From Phoronis australis (Eukaryota; Animalia; Phoronida): a stretch of DNA of 64,000 nucleotides. The stretch is taken from contig NMRA01000054.1 of assembly GCA_002633005.1 (NCBI GenBank), forward strand, positions 125,492-189,491. Reading direction: 5' to 3'. A model generated the notes under the pieces. The model worked only from the letters and a program-made list of their open reading frames with translations, had not been told where the DNA came from and ran no database searches. Positions 63,301 through 64,000 of the stretch are shown piece after piece. The position numbers and the translations under genes are program-made. Position 1 is the stretch's first letter; each line of letters starts with the position of its first letter.

Positions 63301-63710
63301 GACCGACAATCGCGCCAAAATGCGTTTGAAAACGTTGGCGCTGCGTGCGACTGTTAATGTTTAAATTACGTCACAATACTTCTGGAATTCGTTGATTTTC
63401 GTCGAATGTGACAATATATCTAACAACAAAATAATTCCAATTACTCGTCCGTGTTGCTAATTTTGGATCTGTCATTTCCATCCGAAGGTCCGTCGCTCCC
63501 TCGACAGTCGAACCTTCATATCGGACGTCCAAGTCTGCTTATGGCACGATCATATCAAATCACTCCAATCTCACCAAATATTCTAAGAGAAGCTGAGCGC
63601 ATTCCGTACATGCGAGACGCTTGCGGGACACTAGCGGCGAGACACCGTGGCTTACGGAACGGAAATATCGATTTTACTTATAGCTTACTCCAGTAATTCA
63701 ACACTCTATA

Positions 63711-64000
63711 TAGTCGGTGGGCCAGATTTTGTAGGGCCTCTAGAAAATGGTTTTTGTGAGTACTTTAGGGGGGCAATTTTATTTTGGTGTTTTTTAGTTC
63801 ATTTATTAGAGTGTTTTCAAAATCTAAAAAGTTCCCACATATAAAGTTGCACATTTTTGAGAAATTTGAGTTTGAAGTTACCTAATAATCACCAAAGAGC
63901 TTAGTAAACTTATATTTGTAAAAACAACAGTTTTGGTGACTTTTTTGTAAAACAAGTAATATGGTCCCATCAGTGCCATTGTATTGAACAATATTACACT
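63711..64000 (-). mobile_element. Second Academ-like copy, cut by the window edge
   Basis: Near-identical to 22740-23028, starting TAGTCGGTGGGCCAGAT. Confidence 0.9.

Overview
This is AT-rich, intron-containing animal genomic DNA, probably from an invertebrate, with two N gaps. There are no prokaryotic features, CRISPR arrays or rRNA. Splice sites were traced by hand. (1) A 14-exon minus-strand gene (about 36620 to 16466, about 1743 aa) joins several ORFs that the track lists separately into one type-I membrane protein. Its order is signal peptide, beta-rich domain, Pro-rich/coiled-coil region, 3x TSP1, Ig, EGF, TM and a ~1040-aa disordered cytoplasmic tail. (2) A 7-exon plus-strand gene (48315-58882, 686 aa) has signal peptide, SUEL lectin, CUB, mucin stalk, TM and a tail with SH3-ligand motifs. 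(3) A minus-strand exon (42511-43968) encodes half a WSC domain plus a mucin, but its upstream exon looks disrupted. The rest is dense, often nested transposon DNA with resolvable ends. It includes two Penelope insertions with inverted pseudo-LTRs (one split by a BEL/Pao LTR element, one with a variant hammerhead-like motif), hAT elements with 5-bp and 8-bp TSDs, Harbinger MITEs with CAG TSDs, Academ, ISL2EU-like and Kolobok-like elements, and a LINE 3' end. Two of the MITEs carry tRNA-like cassettes, and there are twin ~40-bp micro-insertions. Nothing here is a proven new system. The best leads are the two receptor architectures, the variant ribozyme core and the tRNA-carrying MITEs. All family calls come from motifs recognised by eye, without database searches.
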